From Octopus bimaculoides (Eukaryota), in NCBI RefSeq assembly GCF_001194135.2, contig NC_068983.1, positions 33,223,270 through 33,287,269 on the forward strand: a DNA stretch of 64,000 nucleotides. The letters are read 5' to 3'. Below the pieces are notes generated by a model. It worked only from the letters and a program-made list of their open reading frames with translations. It had not been told where the DNA came from and searched no databases. The translations under genes and the position numbers were made by a program. Position 1 is the first letter of the stretch, and every line of letters begins with the position of its first letter. This document shows, one piece after another, positions 12,764-24,439 of this stretch.

Positions 12764-13889
12764 NNNNNNNNNNNNNNNNNNNNNNNNNNNNNNNNNNNNN
12801 NNNNNNNNNNNNNNNNNNNNNNNNNNNNNNNNNNNNNNNNNNNNNNNNNNNNNNNNNNNNNNNNNNNNNNNNNNNNNNNNNNNNNNNNNNNNNNNNNNNN
12901 NNNNNNNNNNNNNNNNNNNNNNNNNNNNNNNNNNNNNNNNNNNNNNNNNNNNNNNNNNNNNNNNNNNNNNNNNNNNNNNNNNNNNNNNNNNNNNNNNNNN
13001 NNNNNNNNNNNNNNNNNNNNNNNNNNNNNNNNNNNNNNNNNNNNNNNNNNNNNNNNNNNNNNNNNNNNNNNNNNNNNNNNNNNNNNNNNNNNNNNNNNNN
13101 NNNNNNNNNNNNNNNNNNNNNNNNNNNNNNNNNNNNNNNNNNNNNNNNNNNNNNNNNNNNNNNNNNNNNNNNNNNNNNNNNNNNNNNNNNNNNNNNNNNN
13201 NNNNNNNNNNNNNNNNNNNNNNNNNNNNNNNNNNNNNNNNNNNNNNNNNNNNNNNNNNNNNNNNNNNNNNNNNNNNNNNNNNNNNNNNNNNNNNNNNNNN
13301 NNNNNNNNNNNNNNNNNNNNNNNNNNNNNNNNNNNNNNNNNNNNNNNNNNNNNNNNNNNNNNNNNNNNNNNNNNNNNNNNNNNNNNNNNNNNNNNNNNNN
13401 NNNNNNNNNNNNNNNNNNNNNNNNNNNNNNNNNNNNNNNNNNNNNNNNNNNNNNNNNNNNNNNNNNNNNNNNNNNNNNNNNNNNNNNNNNNNNNNNNNNN
13501 NNNNNNNNNNNNNNNNNNNNNNNNNNNNNNNNNNNNNNNNNNNNNNNNNNNNNNNNNNNNNNNNNNNNNNNNNNNNNNNNNNNNNNNNNNNNNNNNNNNN
13601 NNNNNNTCATCTCTGGCTAATCATTGAGAGGACATTGGTGTCACCTTGGCGGAGGTTTGCCTGCTCTGAGTGCCCTTGTTTTACATGTTTTTAAGGCAGT
13701 GAGCTGGCAAAATCGACCCCAGAATTTATTTTCTTTTCAAGCCTGGTACTTATTCTATTGGTCTCTTTTGCCAGACCATTAAGTCACGGGGATGTAAACA
13801 CACTAACACAGGCTGTCAAGTGGTTATGGAGGGGGGGGGGGACAAACACAGACACAAAGACACACAAATAGATATATACGATGATCTTC

Positions 13890-14265
13890 TTTCAGTTTCC
13901 ATCTACCAAATCTGTTCACCAAGCTTTGGTCAGCCTGAGGCTATAGCGGAAAACACTTGCCTAAGGTGCCATGCAGTGGAACTGAACCTGGAAACATATG
14001 GTTGGGAAGAAGCAAGCTTTTTACTACCCAGCCAAACCTGCACCTACATATTCTTTTATTCTTGTATTCTTTTACTTGTTTCAGTCATTTGACTGTGGCC
14101 ATGCTGGAGCACCACCTTCAGTTGAGTAGACCGACCCCAGGATTTATTCTTTCTAAGCCTAGTACTTGCTCTATTGGTCTCTTTTGCTGAACCACAAGGT
14201 TACAGGGACGTAAACACACCAGCATCAGTTGTCAAATGATGTTGGGGGGACAAACACAGACATAT
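13890..14265 (-). mobile_element. CORE-like tRNA SINE with adjacent common repeat module
   Basis: Reverse complement reads ...ggttcagttccactgcatggcaccttaggcaagtg...; related copies at about 3770-3940(+), 27850-28000(+), 38260-38400(-) and 59890-60030(+). Confidence 0.65.
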
Positions 14266-14393
14266 ATATATACACACACATATATGGTATAATGGTATAT
14301 ATATAGCATATAGTATATAATATATATATATATACATATACACATACATATATGGTATAATGGTATATATATAGCATATAGTGNNNNNNNNNN

Positions 14394-14430
<37 letters not shown>

Positions 14431-15109
14431 TGTATATATAAATACTATATAGCATACAATTTACTTCAATAGAAATAAAGCAGCCTATAGAAAGAGGCAG
14501 GCTCACTGATAAATTGTATTAAAGCTTAAAGTGTTTGCCATAAGCTAATGAAACTATATTATGTAAAAGATATGCACATCTTAAATATGTACATTGAAAA
14601 GAGACCCTTTGTACTTGTGCAATAGATCTATGTTTTCAAGTCTAACAGTGAAGATATATTTTCATGAAAACTGAGAATTTTCATTGATATCTTTTAACTA
14701 AAGATAACATGGATACTTTAAATGGGTATAAGGCCTCACATGTGGGTGGATGAGAAGCTTAAATTTGAACAATGATGCTATTCAAATGATACTTTATTTC
14801 ATTGTCTCTGAAGGGAAGAAAGGCAATGTCTATTCCAGAGATAGCTGAACTCATGGCATAGAGAGGAGATAACCTAAAGAGAATCTGACAGCCTGATTGC
14901 TTCTCTCTTGTTTTTACGTTTCCACTGCTGCCCTTCAAATGGAGATAAATACTAACAGTAAAAGGCTGGAAATATATGATGCGTGCACGCACGCACACAC
15001 ACACACACACACATACACACACACATGCACACACATGTATGCACACACACACACACACACATACATGCACACACACATATACATGCATGCATGCCAACTT
15101 TTTAGATGT

Positions 15110-16260
15110 CATACTTAAATTTAAACACTAAATTATATTACCTATACAGCAAACCAAACCAAACATTACAATATATAAATGTCTCTTCTAATCATCCTAA
15201 ATTAACCATCAATAGTATAATTATGACAATCTCCAACCTATTGGCAAACAAGGAGATTTTTAATGCACATGCCCCACTTTATAATAATGCCCTAATATTA
15301 AGTGACTTTCATGTTCTACATCCCTGACACCAAACTCAAAACCAAATTAGCTAATCTAACATCTCATATTAACTCTGATACAACTAAAATGATCTCCTCC
15401 TTAAATTATAAACCTATAAGGAAACCTTTTGTTAACCATACTAAATTCTATAATGGACATGCTGGTAATTGTAATAAATACAGTTCCTCTATATTTGAAC
15501 ACTCTAATGTGGTAACACACTCTAAATCTAGAAAAAGAAAAATTATTTGGTTTGCCCCCACCATTTTCTCTCAGAGTCGAAAATCTACCAAAGCTGTTCT
15601 TCAAAATTCTGAAACTAAATTTTCCCAAACATCACAGATACTACTCTATATTTAATAAACACTCTATGAAATTATCTTACTCTACCACACCTAATTTGGG
15701 TTAAATTATCGCATCTACAAACAGAAATAAAATTCAATTCCAAATGGCTTAAAGCATATATCACCATAATATACCCCATATAAGTCCAAATAATATTAAT
15801 AAAACAAAAGTTATAGATAGGAAAGCAAAAATATGTAATTGTATGGCCCCTGAATTATATCCACTTGATGGTTTATGGTTGCACAAAAAACATAATTTAT
15901 AAATGCACAGTGACAAATGACAAACATCAGGCTAGAGTATACATAGGAAGCACTAAAGACCTCAAGAAGCAGTATTTAGAGCATATGTAAATTCTTTTAA
16001 TAAGTTAAGGCATAAAAATTCAATGGCACTAACCAGATATATTCACAATTTAAAATTACAGAACATTAATTATTTATTATCTTGGTCAATCACAGATGAG
16101 GCTCCACCATATAATATGATTACTGGTAGATGTCGAATGTGTATAAAAGAATGATACATTATCTTTCACATGTTTAATTCTGTTTTAAATAAATTTCTTG
16201 ATGCTATTCATTTATGCAACCATAGAAGTTATTCAAATTTCATGAGATGATTTAAATTTG
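15110..16260 (+). mobile_element. Degenerate Penelope-like element (RT C-terminal region plus GIY-YIG)
   Basis: RKRKIIWFAP..., then CNC...YPLDG...MALTRYIHNLK...WSI...PYN...GRCRMCIKE, with frameshifts. Confidence 0.75.
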
Positions 16261-16749
16261 AACCCACTTAGCAATAATTTCTGTTGCACAACGATATATC
16301 GCTAATACAAAAATGAATTTTAAGAAAGAAAGTAAGCAATCTAATTTTACTCCCAACAGCCTTATAAAAACTTCCATAATTTACATAGCTATATCCAATT
16401 TTCTATAAAAGCATCCAATTATCGCATATCTTGGTAAAGAACTGAACGCTGCTCTGGAGTACTGTTTTTTCATTTACAAGAATCTTTTGTTTACACCGTG
16501 AGGTACTGTTGGTTTAATTATTGTTATTACTGTTATTGATGAAGACCTTACACCACTTGGCAGGTGTTGTTGAAGTTGTGTGCTTTCCCCTACGGGGGAA
16601 GGATTTGAACTTGTTGTATTATTGTGTTGAGCTGTTTGCTCTCTTTTGAGAGAAAAAATATAATTCTCCTGTGAAATAATTTTCTTTTTGAAAAAAAAAA
16701 AAAATTTTGTGTATTTTCTTCTTAGAAGTGCAAATTATAAAAGAGCAAA

Positions 16750-18720
16750 TGGCTCTGAATGAAACAGAGATTATGAAAAAGGATTACACAGCAGTGACCA
16801 ATGTGTCACATGGAAACATCAATATTCCACATTCAGAATACCAAACTTACAATGGCATATTGACTGTAAAAGGGGCAGGGGATGTTTGCATTGCCCCACC
16901 TCAGTTACATCACACAACAAACAAAAAATCAAACCATTATAAATAAAAGCTTTGACAGAAACAAAGAAAATTGCGAATATCACAAAGGAAAAAATTGTAA
17001 AATGCTTCTGGCCAGTTTGGAAAGACATAGCGTATGTGACCCAAGGGAAGAAGTATGAATCCATTGAAGTACGGTTTTCAACAGTGGAAAAGGCCCATGA
17101 ACACTCAGTGTAGACACTTAAAACCCAAGAGGTTGTACTCCTGCCCACATACCTACTACATCGAACATCCTGCATAAAAATTCAGGTAGTGCCACCTGAA
17201 ATAGATGCCACCTGGGTTGTTGTAGCCTTATGTTACTCTCACGAGGAGAAAGTATCGATCTCCTAGATCACCTGCTCTGCCCCCAAAACTATCTGGGGCA
17301 AACCATTAAGATCCTGATACAGGCAACACCTGGGAATCTCAGAGAGATCCCCAATAGAATTGCTTATCAGGGAGGATATGGTACTGAAGATTCAGGCTGA
17401 GGGATGGAAGCCTCATTGCTTCAAATGTGGGCAGAAGGGCCACTTACATACAGAATGTGGCCCTTCCAACACAGAAGCACCCTCCTCAACTTTGATGGCG
17501 AAGGAAGTCAGAAAGAAAATGCCAGAAAAGCAGGTGAAGAAATCTGCAATGGAGCAACCCAAAGGAAAACCAAAAGAAACAGAAGAACCCCCCATCCTGG
17601 TTGATGACATGGAGTTCAACATGCCGGAGGCGGATTTCCATGTGATCTCCCGCAAAATGGAAAAAAAAGACATATTGTGTCCCCCACACCCTCCAAACCC
17701 CCTACCCCACCAAAAAAATGTAGCATGACAGACAAGGATAAATTTAAACCCTGCCCCTTCACCCACACAACCCATGCTGACCGAACAACTATCGTCAAAT
17801 ACAATATTAAACACGGATATTTGCATGAGATAATAAAGAAGCACCACTTGTCAAAAATGTTTGGTGAACGTAGATATACTAAAATCGAAGAAAAACCGTT
17901 TAAACAACTGAAAGACAGACATCCGGAGGGCATCTACAAACTGAGTGAATTACCCAGGTTAATCGACCCACCACCAGAGACCAATGAGGAGAGAGAAAAG
18001 AAAAGGAGGAGGTATGCTCAGTAACCTTGAGAACGATCACTCCCTCACCCGTGAAAGGTAAGTAGGTCCCTAATTATTTCTTTGGATGACTGGAATTAAC
18101 TTCGGTTGTTTCAATGTATGTGGCCTAACTTTAAAGAGGAAGCAAGCCTGTTTCCTCAACAACCTCAAGGGACACAATATGGATGTGGTGGTGGCTACAG
18201 AGACCAAGCTGGACAGCCTGCATTCCTTTGTGGCATTGCTGAATGACTATGAGAAAATCATGTCTCCTAGCCAGACCGGAGGCCAAGGAGGAGTAGTAGT
18301 GTTGCTCTGAAAAAGCTTGGCTCTGCAGACAAGTACAATCTTTGTGGATCCAAAGATTTTGGCCAAGGTGTTAGCAAAGAGGTTGGTGCAGGTTGTGGAT
18401 GGCCTTGTTGGAGAGGCACAAACTTGTGCCATCCTTGGCAGGACGATACACGACAATCTCCACCTCATATGCTACACCTTAGAGACGGTGGGTAAAATCC
18501 CTGGCAAAAGTGGGGCACTGGTGCATTTAGACCAGTCTAAAGCATTTGATAGGGTCAACCATCAGTACCTGGTGGTAGTTCTCATGGCAGCTGGGCTGGG
18601 CTCAACTTTTCAAGGCTGGATTGCTGCTTTGTACAGCAACATTGAGTCTTTCATCCAAGTGAATGGTTTCTTTTTGAAACCGTTCAGGATTGAGCGCTCT
18701 GTTTGCCAGGGGTGTCCATT
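16750..18720 (+). mobile_element. Tx1/L1-clade LINE remnant: ORF1 (CCHC knuckle) plus internally deleted ORF2 (APE N-terminus fused to RT)
   Basis: CFKCGQKGHLHTEC (CX2CX4HX4C); ORF2 start INFGCFNVCGL...VVVATETKL; RT motifs KILAKVLAKRL, GRTIHDNL, LDQSKAFDRV, QGCP. Confidence 0.85.
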
Positions 18721-19385
18721 TCTCGACTGTATGGTAATTTGTGATGAAAAGTGGATTCTGTATAATAAAAACGTTCTTGGCAATGGTTAGACCAAAATAA
18801 AGCACCGAAAACCTTCCCTAAACCCAAGTTCTTCAAAAGGAAGGTTATGGTGACTGTTTGGTGGTGTACTGCTGAACTCATCCAGTATAACTTCTTAAAA
18901 TGCAGAAAAACTATTACTGTAGGAACATATTGTCATGAAATTGCCAAAATGAATGATAAACTGCTACTCCTCCATCCCAGACTAGTCAACGTAAGAGTGC
19001 CAATCATTCTTCATAACAATGCTCGACCACACATTCCACTAATGACGCTCCAGAAGTTGAGGGAAGTTGGCTACAAAGTTCTTCCCTACTCAGCTTATTC
19101 CCCAGACCTTTCTCCTCTCAACTACCACTTTTTCAAGCACCTTGACAGTTTCCTGTGAGAGAAAGAGTTCAGAAATCAAACCGATGCTGAAAGTATGTTC
19201 AAACAGTTCATCATCTCCAGAACTCCATATTTTTATGCTACCAGAATAAACAAACTTGTATCTTGTTGGTAAAAATTTGTTGGTTGTAATGGCACTTACT
19301 TTGATGAATAAAATTTCCACATTGTTGAAATATATTGTGATGAATTTCATGTTTCAAAACGTTGCTTACTTTTTACTCAGCCTGA
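18721..19385 (+). mobile_element. Mariner (DD34D-type) transposase 3' half plus right TIR, degenerate
   Basis: CDEKWILY, KVMVTVWW, HNNARPH, YSPDLSP, YHFFKHL; terminal aaaacgttgcttactttttactcagcctgat. Confidence 0.9.
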
Positions 19386-20068
19386 TCCATCCATCTATCC
19401 ATCTGTTCATGTGTCTGTCTGTCCATCCATACATCCATCCACCTGCCCACCCAAAATTCAACAAAAATGTACTCCGTCTGGTGAAACATAAATATAATTT
19501 ATTAAAGGGTACAAAACATGTCTTTAAATGCAACTAATTGTTCCATACATTGAGAAATATCTCAAATATATTCTTCAGGCACAAACCACATATCATAACA
19601 AACTAAAACAAATTGAATTTAGAGAAGAAATGTGAGAAAATGAGAAGGCAGCATATAAAAAAGGCAGAAGGTATAAAACAGAAAATGGTAAATGGAAACA
19701 CAAAAACTAAAATGTAAAAAGTTAAAAGTAAATGGCAAAAAAGTTATCCTCTTCAGACTAATTGTCATATGATATTTAATTTCGTTCACCACATGAGCTC
19801 AAATCCCATAGGATTATTGTTCTTCTTTTTACGAGTATTTTGTAATAACCACCAGGCATTTGATGAATTTTTTCCACAAAATATTTCCCCAATGTATTTG
19901 TAGCCTTGTACAAGTAAAATAAATCATTATTATCTTCATTAGAAAGGAAATCATATTTGTCAATCTCCATGAAAGAAAAATGTGCCCTTGACACAAACAA
20001 TAACATAACATTCCTGTTTAAAATATGTAACCCACAAACACAGAAGTACGAAAACCGACAAACGAGAG

Positions 20069-20099
<31 letters not shown>

Positions 20100-20180
20100 T
20101 AAATACATATAAGGATTTACTTTTCGTAATGAGATAAAAAACCAAGGATATGTATATTTTAGAATATTTATGAATAGAAG

Positions 20181-20430
20181 GTCTTACAGCTGTTTCCAGG
20201 ATATTTATTGTATCCCTTCATTGGAGACGGTATGAGAGGATGATTAAGCAATAGTTAATTTAGATTAGATAGGAAATATAGAGTGAATGCAGGGATATTG
20301 TATTTGTAAATGCATTATTTAGGCAGAATGGTATACATATAAGATTCCAATGCCTTGTAAGTAAAATCCAATAGTCTTTACGATTGGTCATTTAATTTGT
20401 AAATCCATTATTAAGATTCCAATACCCTAT
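20181..20430 (-). mobile_element. Penelope-like 3' tail with a degenerate type I hammerhead motif
   Basis: Reverse complement of 20181-20228 is GUCU-CCAAUGA-AGGGAUA...UAUCCUG-GAAA-CAGCUG-UA-AGAC. Confidence 0.6.
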
Positions 20431-20439
20431 ATATATATA

Positions 20440-21020
20440 CTAGCAGCTAAGCCCGGTTTCACCTGGTCGGTTTGGATGATGTGGCTGCAAAACCTACTCT
20501 GTGTAAACATTCGACTTTTTGGGGGCATTCTTACGTTAAAAAACAATTTTAGAATGACTTTTTTCTGTCAAAACACTAAAAATAACTGACCAACAAAAAA
20601 AAAAACAAAAAAACAAAGCAACCAAGATTCAACCAAATCAAAAAATAAACCCAAATACTAAGCGAATAAAGATGAACCATCCCACTTCCATTGTGCATGC
20701 ACATGCACACACACACACACACACATACACATGCGCACACACACACATTCACATACACACACATATTCCCACAGAGTTGAATCGCTGTTTGATTTATTTT
20801 TCAGCATACAGTTTACATCATCCCACTACCAAGTATGACATCACTTCCTACTTTATTCATCTATCACCCCTTCCTTTCTCATTCATAAACACAATAGTAT
20901 TATTATAGTAGATTATCTCGGTAACCATGGGAAAAAAAAATGACATCACCCCTTCCTTCTTTATTCATCTATCACCCTTTCCTTTCTCATTCATAAACAC
21001 AAGAGTATTATTATAGTAGA
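20440..21020 (-). mobile_element. Non-autonomous Helitron with duplicated 5' terminus
   Basis: Minus strand: 5' A|TCTACT..., 3' hairpin ccagg-tgaaa-ccggg then CTAG|T, inserted in a (TA)n context. Confidence 0.7.
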
Positions 21021-21189
21021 TTATCTCAGTAACCACTGGAGCTATGAAAAAATACAAAGCCCAGCAACACTACTGGATCATTCTACACATTTGTGTAATT
21101 TTTCACACAATTCCACCCAGCCGTTTGACCGTGAATCCCAAGACAAGAAAGAATTGCCTATGTCAAATTTATATGTATAGATTGATTAC

Positions 21190-21367
21190 CTTGGTAAGCT
21201 TTCCTTTTCTGGTAGATACTTCATCATATCAGAATAACGAGATTGAAAAGCAGATGCTCTTGAATTAAAGTAATGTTTAGAGAGAATGTGGGAATCCCCA
21301 TTTCCAATTACATCTCCAGTACTATCAGCAAACTTGAAGGCCTGATGTAAGCTAGAAGCTCGATAAG
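21190..21367 (-). CDS. WDR93: WDR93-like exon 7 (178 nt)
   Basis: Acceptor ttcattttcacag, donor AAG|gtaatc. Phase 1 to 2: AYRASSLHQAFKFADSTGDVIGNGDSHILSKHYFNSRASAFQSRYSDMMKYLPEKESLP (cf. GLGSGQNHFIKDSQW...KKYL). Confidence 0.86.
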
Positions 21368-22209
21368 CTGTGAAAATGAAACAATTAATAACATAAGGAG
21401 CCAGCAAGTATGAAATTATGAGATTGAACTCTTGAATTTTAATGATATAAAAGCAGTATCTGATTTGATACTTAAACAAAAATTGAAACAATATAAACAA
21501 GAATATTGTTAGTGGTGCTATATCACTAAACACTCAAACATGGGAATCACTTGTGCTATCACTTCTTTGATTTAACACTTACAGATTCTGTCTAGCCTTA
21601 TTTGTACAGCAATTAGATGTCTGAAGGTAAATAATGAAGCTGTTAACTTTTTTTAATATTACAAGTTAAAGACATTGTGAATATTTTCAGCATGGCTCCA
21701 GGTGTGGCTGATTAAGAAGGTTGCTTTGTGACTATGGAGTTTTAAGTTCAGTCCTATTGCATGACACCTTTCAGCTTTCAGCTCCAGGTTGATCAATGAC
21801 TTCTGAGTGAATCTGGTATATGGAAATTGTGTAGAAGACCGTCGTCGTCGTCGTCGTCGTCGCCGCCATCGCCGCCGCCGCCGTCGTCGTTGTTTAACAT
21901 CCATTTTCAATGCTGGCATGGGCTAGACAGTTTGACTGAGATCTGGAGAGCCAGTGGCTGCACCAGGCTCCAATCTGATCTGGTAATGTCTCTACAGTTG
22001 GATACCCTTCCTAATGCCAACCACTCTCAGAATGTAGTGGGTGTTTTTTATGTGCCACTAGCACAAGAGCCAGTCAGGCAGGCCTGGCATCGATCACATT
22101 TGGATAGCGCTTTTTACATGCCATCAGCATGGGGGGGCCAGTCAGTGGGTACTAGCATTGGCCATGTTCGGATGGTGCTTTTTACGTCCCATATATATAT
22201 ATATATATA

Positions 22210-23264
22210 CTAGCAGAGGCACCCGGCGTTGCTCGGGAATGAAATTGTTGCTTATATACTTGAAGAAAAAAAGGCAAAATATGCTGTATAGAAATTTGAG
22301 GACATTCTGTAGATGGACTCTCAGATGAATGATGGCTGGGCGCCTCTCATGAATGGGGAAAATTGAAGATGTGCCAAAAAGCCTTATTGGTACTTGGAAA
22401 CTTTTACGAAAATTAAAATGGGAATTAAATGAGAGAAATGATTTACGTGAATATCCTCACAAGAGTAATTGAAATAAATGGCGATTGTGGAACCCCCCAC
22501 GCACGCGCACGCATACATACATGTGTCTTTGTAAATATGTTTGTATACATTTATGTATGTGTGTGTTTGTAAGAGACAGAGTGTGAGTGAGTGAAGGGGT
22601 GTGTGTGTGTGCGTGTGTATGTGTGTGAGACAGAGTGAGAGAGCGGTGTGTATGAAGTATTTACTCTCTCTTNNNNNNNNNNTGTGTGTGTTTGTAAGAG
22701 ACAGAGTGTGAGTGAGAGAGAGAGGTTTGTTGTCATGTATACGTACATGCATAAATATACATACATCTTTGGATGTATGCATATGACAATACAGCTCTTG
22801 ACTCACTCACACTCTGTCTCTTACAAACACGCACGCGCACGCATACATGTGTGTCTTTGTAAATATGTTTGTATACATTTATGTATGTGTGTGTTTGTAA
22901 GAGACAGAGTGTGAGTGAGTGAAGGGGTGTGTGTGTGTGCGTGTGTATGTGTGTGAGACAGAGTGAGAGAGCGGTGTGTATGAAGTATTTACTCTCTCTT
23001 TCATACACACGAACACACACAAAATAGAGAGTGAAGCTTTTTTGCCGTTGTTACGTCAATACCGGAAGTTGACATTGAGGAACCTTTTTAAAGAAGTGAA
23101 TCTTAAATATAAAGCAATATTATTTATTTTTAATTAAAAAAATCAAATGAAGAGCCTAAGATTTATCCGAGGTCAAATTATTCATGCATTACAAGCATGG
23201 AAGCATTTGGTGAAGTCGATTTCACGTGAAAAGCGATTACACACACATCTCTGTTTTATATATA

Positions 23265-23266
<2 letters not shown>
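22210..23266 (-). mobile_element. Non-autonomous Helitron with internal microsatellite-rich duplication
   Basis: Minus strand 3' end cccg-agcaacgc-cggg...CTAG|T; 5' end (A/T)CTATATATAAAA; flanked by (TA)n. Confidence 0.7.
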
Positions 23267-23338
<72 letters not shown>

Positions 23339-23889
23339 TCACATTCCTCCTTAAGAAGGACTACAAATCCACTTTGTTTTGTGTCAGTTTTTGTTTGGAG
23401 TTACTAATTCTTAGATGGGCATCTTGCAATACAGATTGCAGAATCTGTTTTGCACATATCCATTTTCGGCATTTTGAAAAAAAATCTTATGGCTGGATGT
23501 TCTTGCTATGACCATCCTCATTACAAAATGTAATGAGCATATTCTATTATGCATATGCACCAGAGGGTTTGTTCCAAATAAGTAGGACTAAAGGGTTCCA
23601 TCTACCTTATTCATATTTGGAGTTATTATTATTATTATTATTATTAAGTTGGCAAGCTGGCAGAATTGTTAATGCACTGGGCAAAATACTTAGCGATGTT
23701 TCATCTGTCTTCGTGTTCTGAGTTCAAATGCTACTGGAGTCAACTTAGCCTTTCATCCATTCGGGGTTGATAAATTAAGTACCAGTGAAATTCTGGGGTC
23801 AATGTAATCAACTAGTCCCCTCCCACAAAACCTAAAGCCTTGTGCCTAGAATAGAAAGGATTATTATTATCATGATTATTATTATTGAG

Positions 23890-24425
23890 TGAGAGAGAAA
23901 TGCTTGCCATCAAAGTGACAATGGGGTAAAATATACAAAGCCCAGTATACCCATCATGGCTACCTGTCTGATAAAGGTACACTAGGCACATAAATCACAA
24001 CTATATGTGCGGGACATGGTGATCTCATATCAAGATAAACAGTGCATGACTTTGCAGGTGGGACCCAGTTAGAATTTTCTTCAGTTTGAGTAGTCCATCC
24101 CACTCACAAGGTCCCTGAATAAGGTTTGTTTTGAGGATGATGAACAAAACACCCATATTTCCAGAAGTGAATTATTCAAACCCTTAAGAATTCCTCTCAA
24201 TATATGGCTATGATACTCCTCTGCTACTTCTGCTCATGATCAGAGATGCACATATCATCAGCCACTAAGGAATATGCTCAACTGGTTAAGGTTAAACAAG
24301 TGACAAGCAAATCTGTGATATTGAGCAGAATATTTGCTGTAGCCCATCTTTTATACCAAGACAAAACAATGTACATGATAACACTTCCAGTTAGTTAAGA
24401 TCGGAAGCCATGAGAGCTACTGAAT
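23890..24425. repeat. Unclassified interspersed repeat (probable)
   Basis: Non-coding mixed-composition block bounded by (TTA)n tracts, as other insertions here are. No second copy in the window, so repeat status is inferred. Confidence 0.35.
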
Positions 24426-24439
24426 CAGAGTATTATCAT

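Noticed and set aside
12723-13694. Long ORFs of X residues here and at 24.5-26.8, 39.2-40.0, 48.9-49.8, 55.8-56.5, 59.0-59.4 and 63.2-63.6 kb
   Set aside because: Artefacts of translating N-gaps.
22501-23001. Identical ~170-bp direct repeat inside the Helitron
   Set aside because: A 10-N gap lies between the copies; assembly artefact cannot be excluded.
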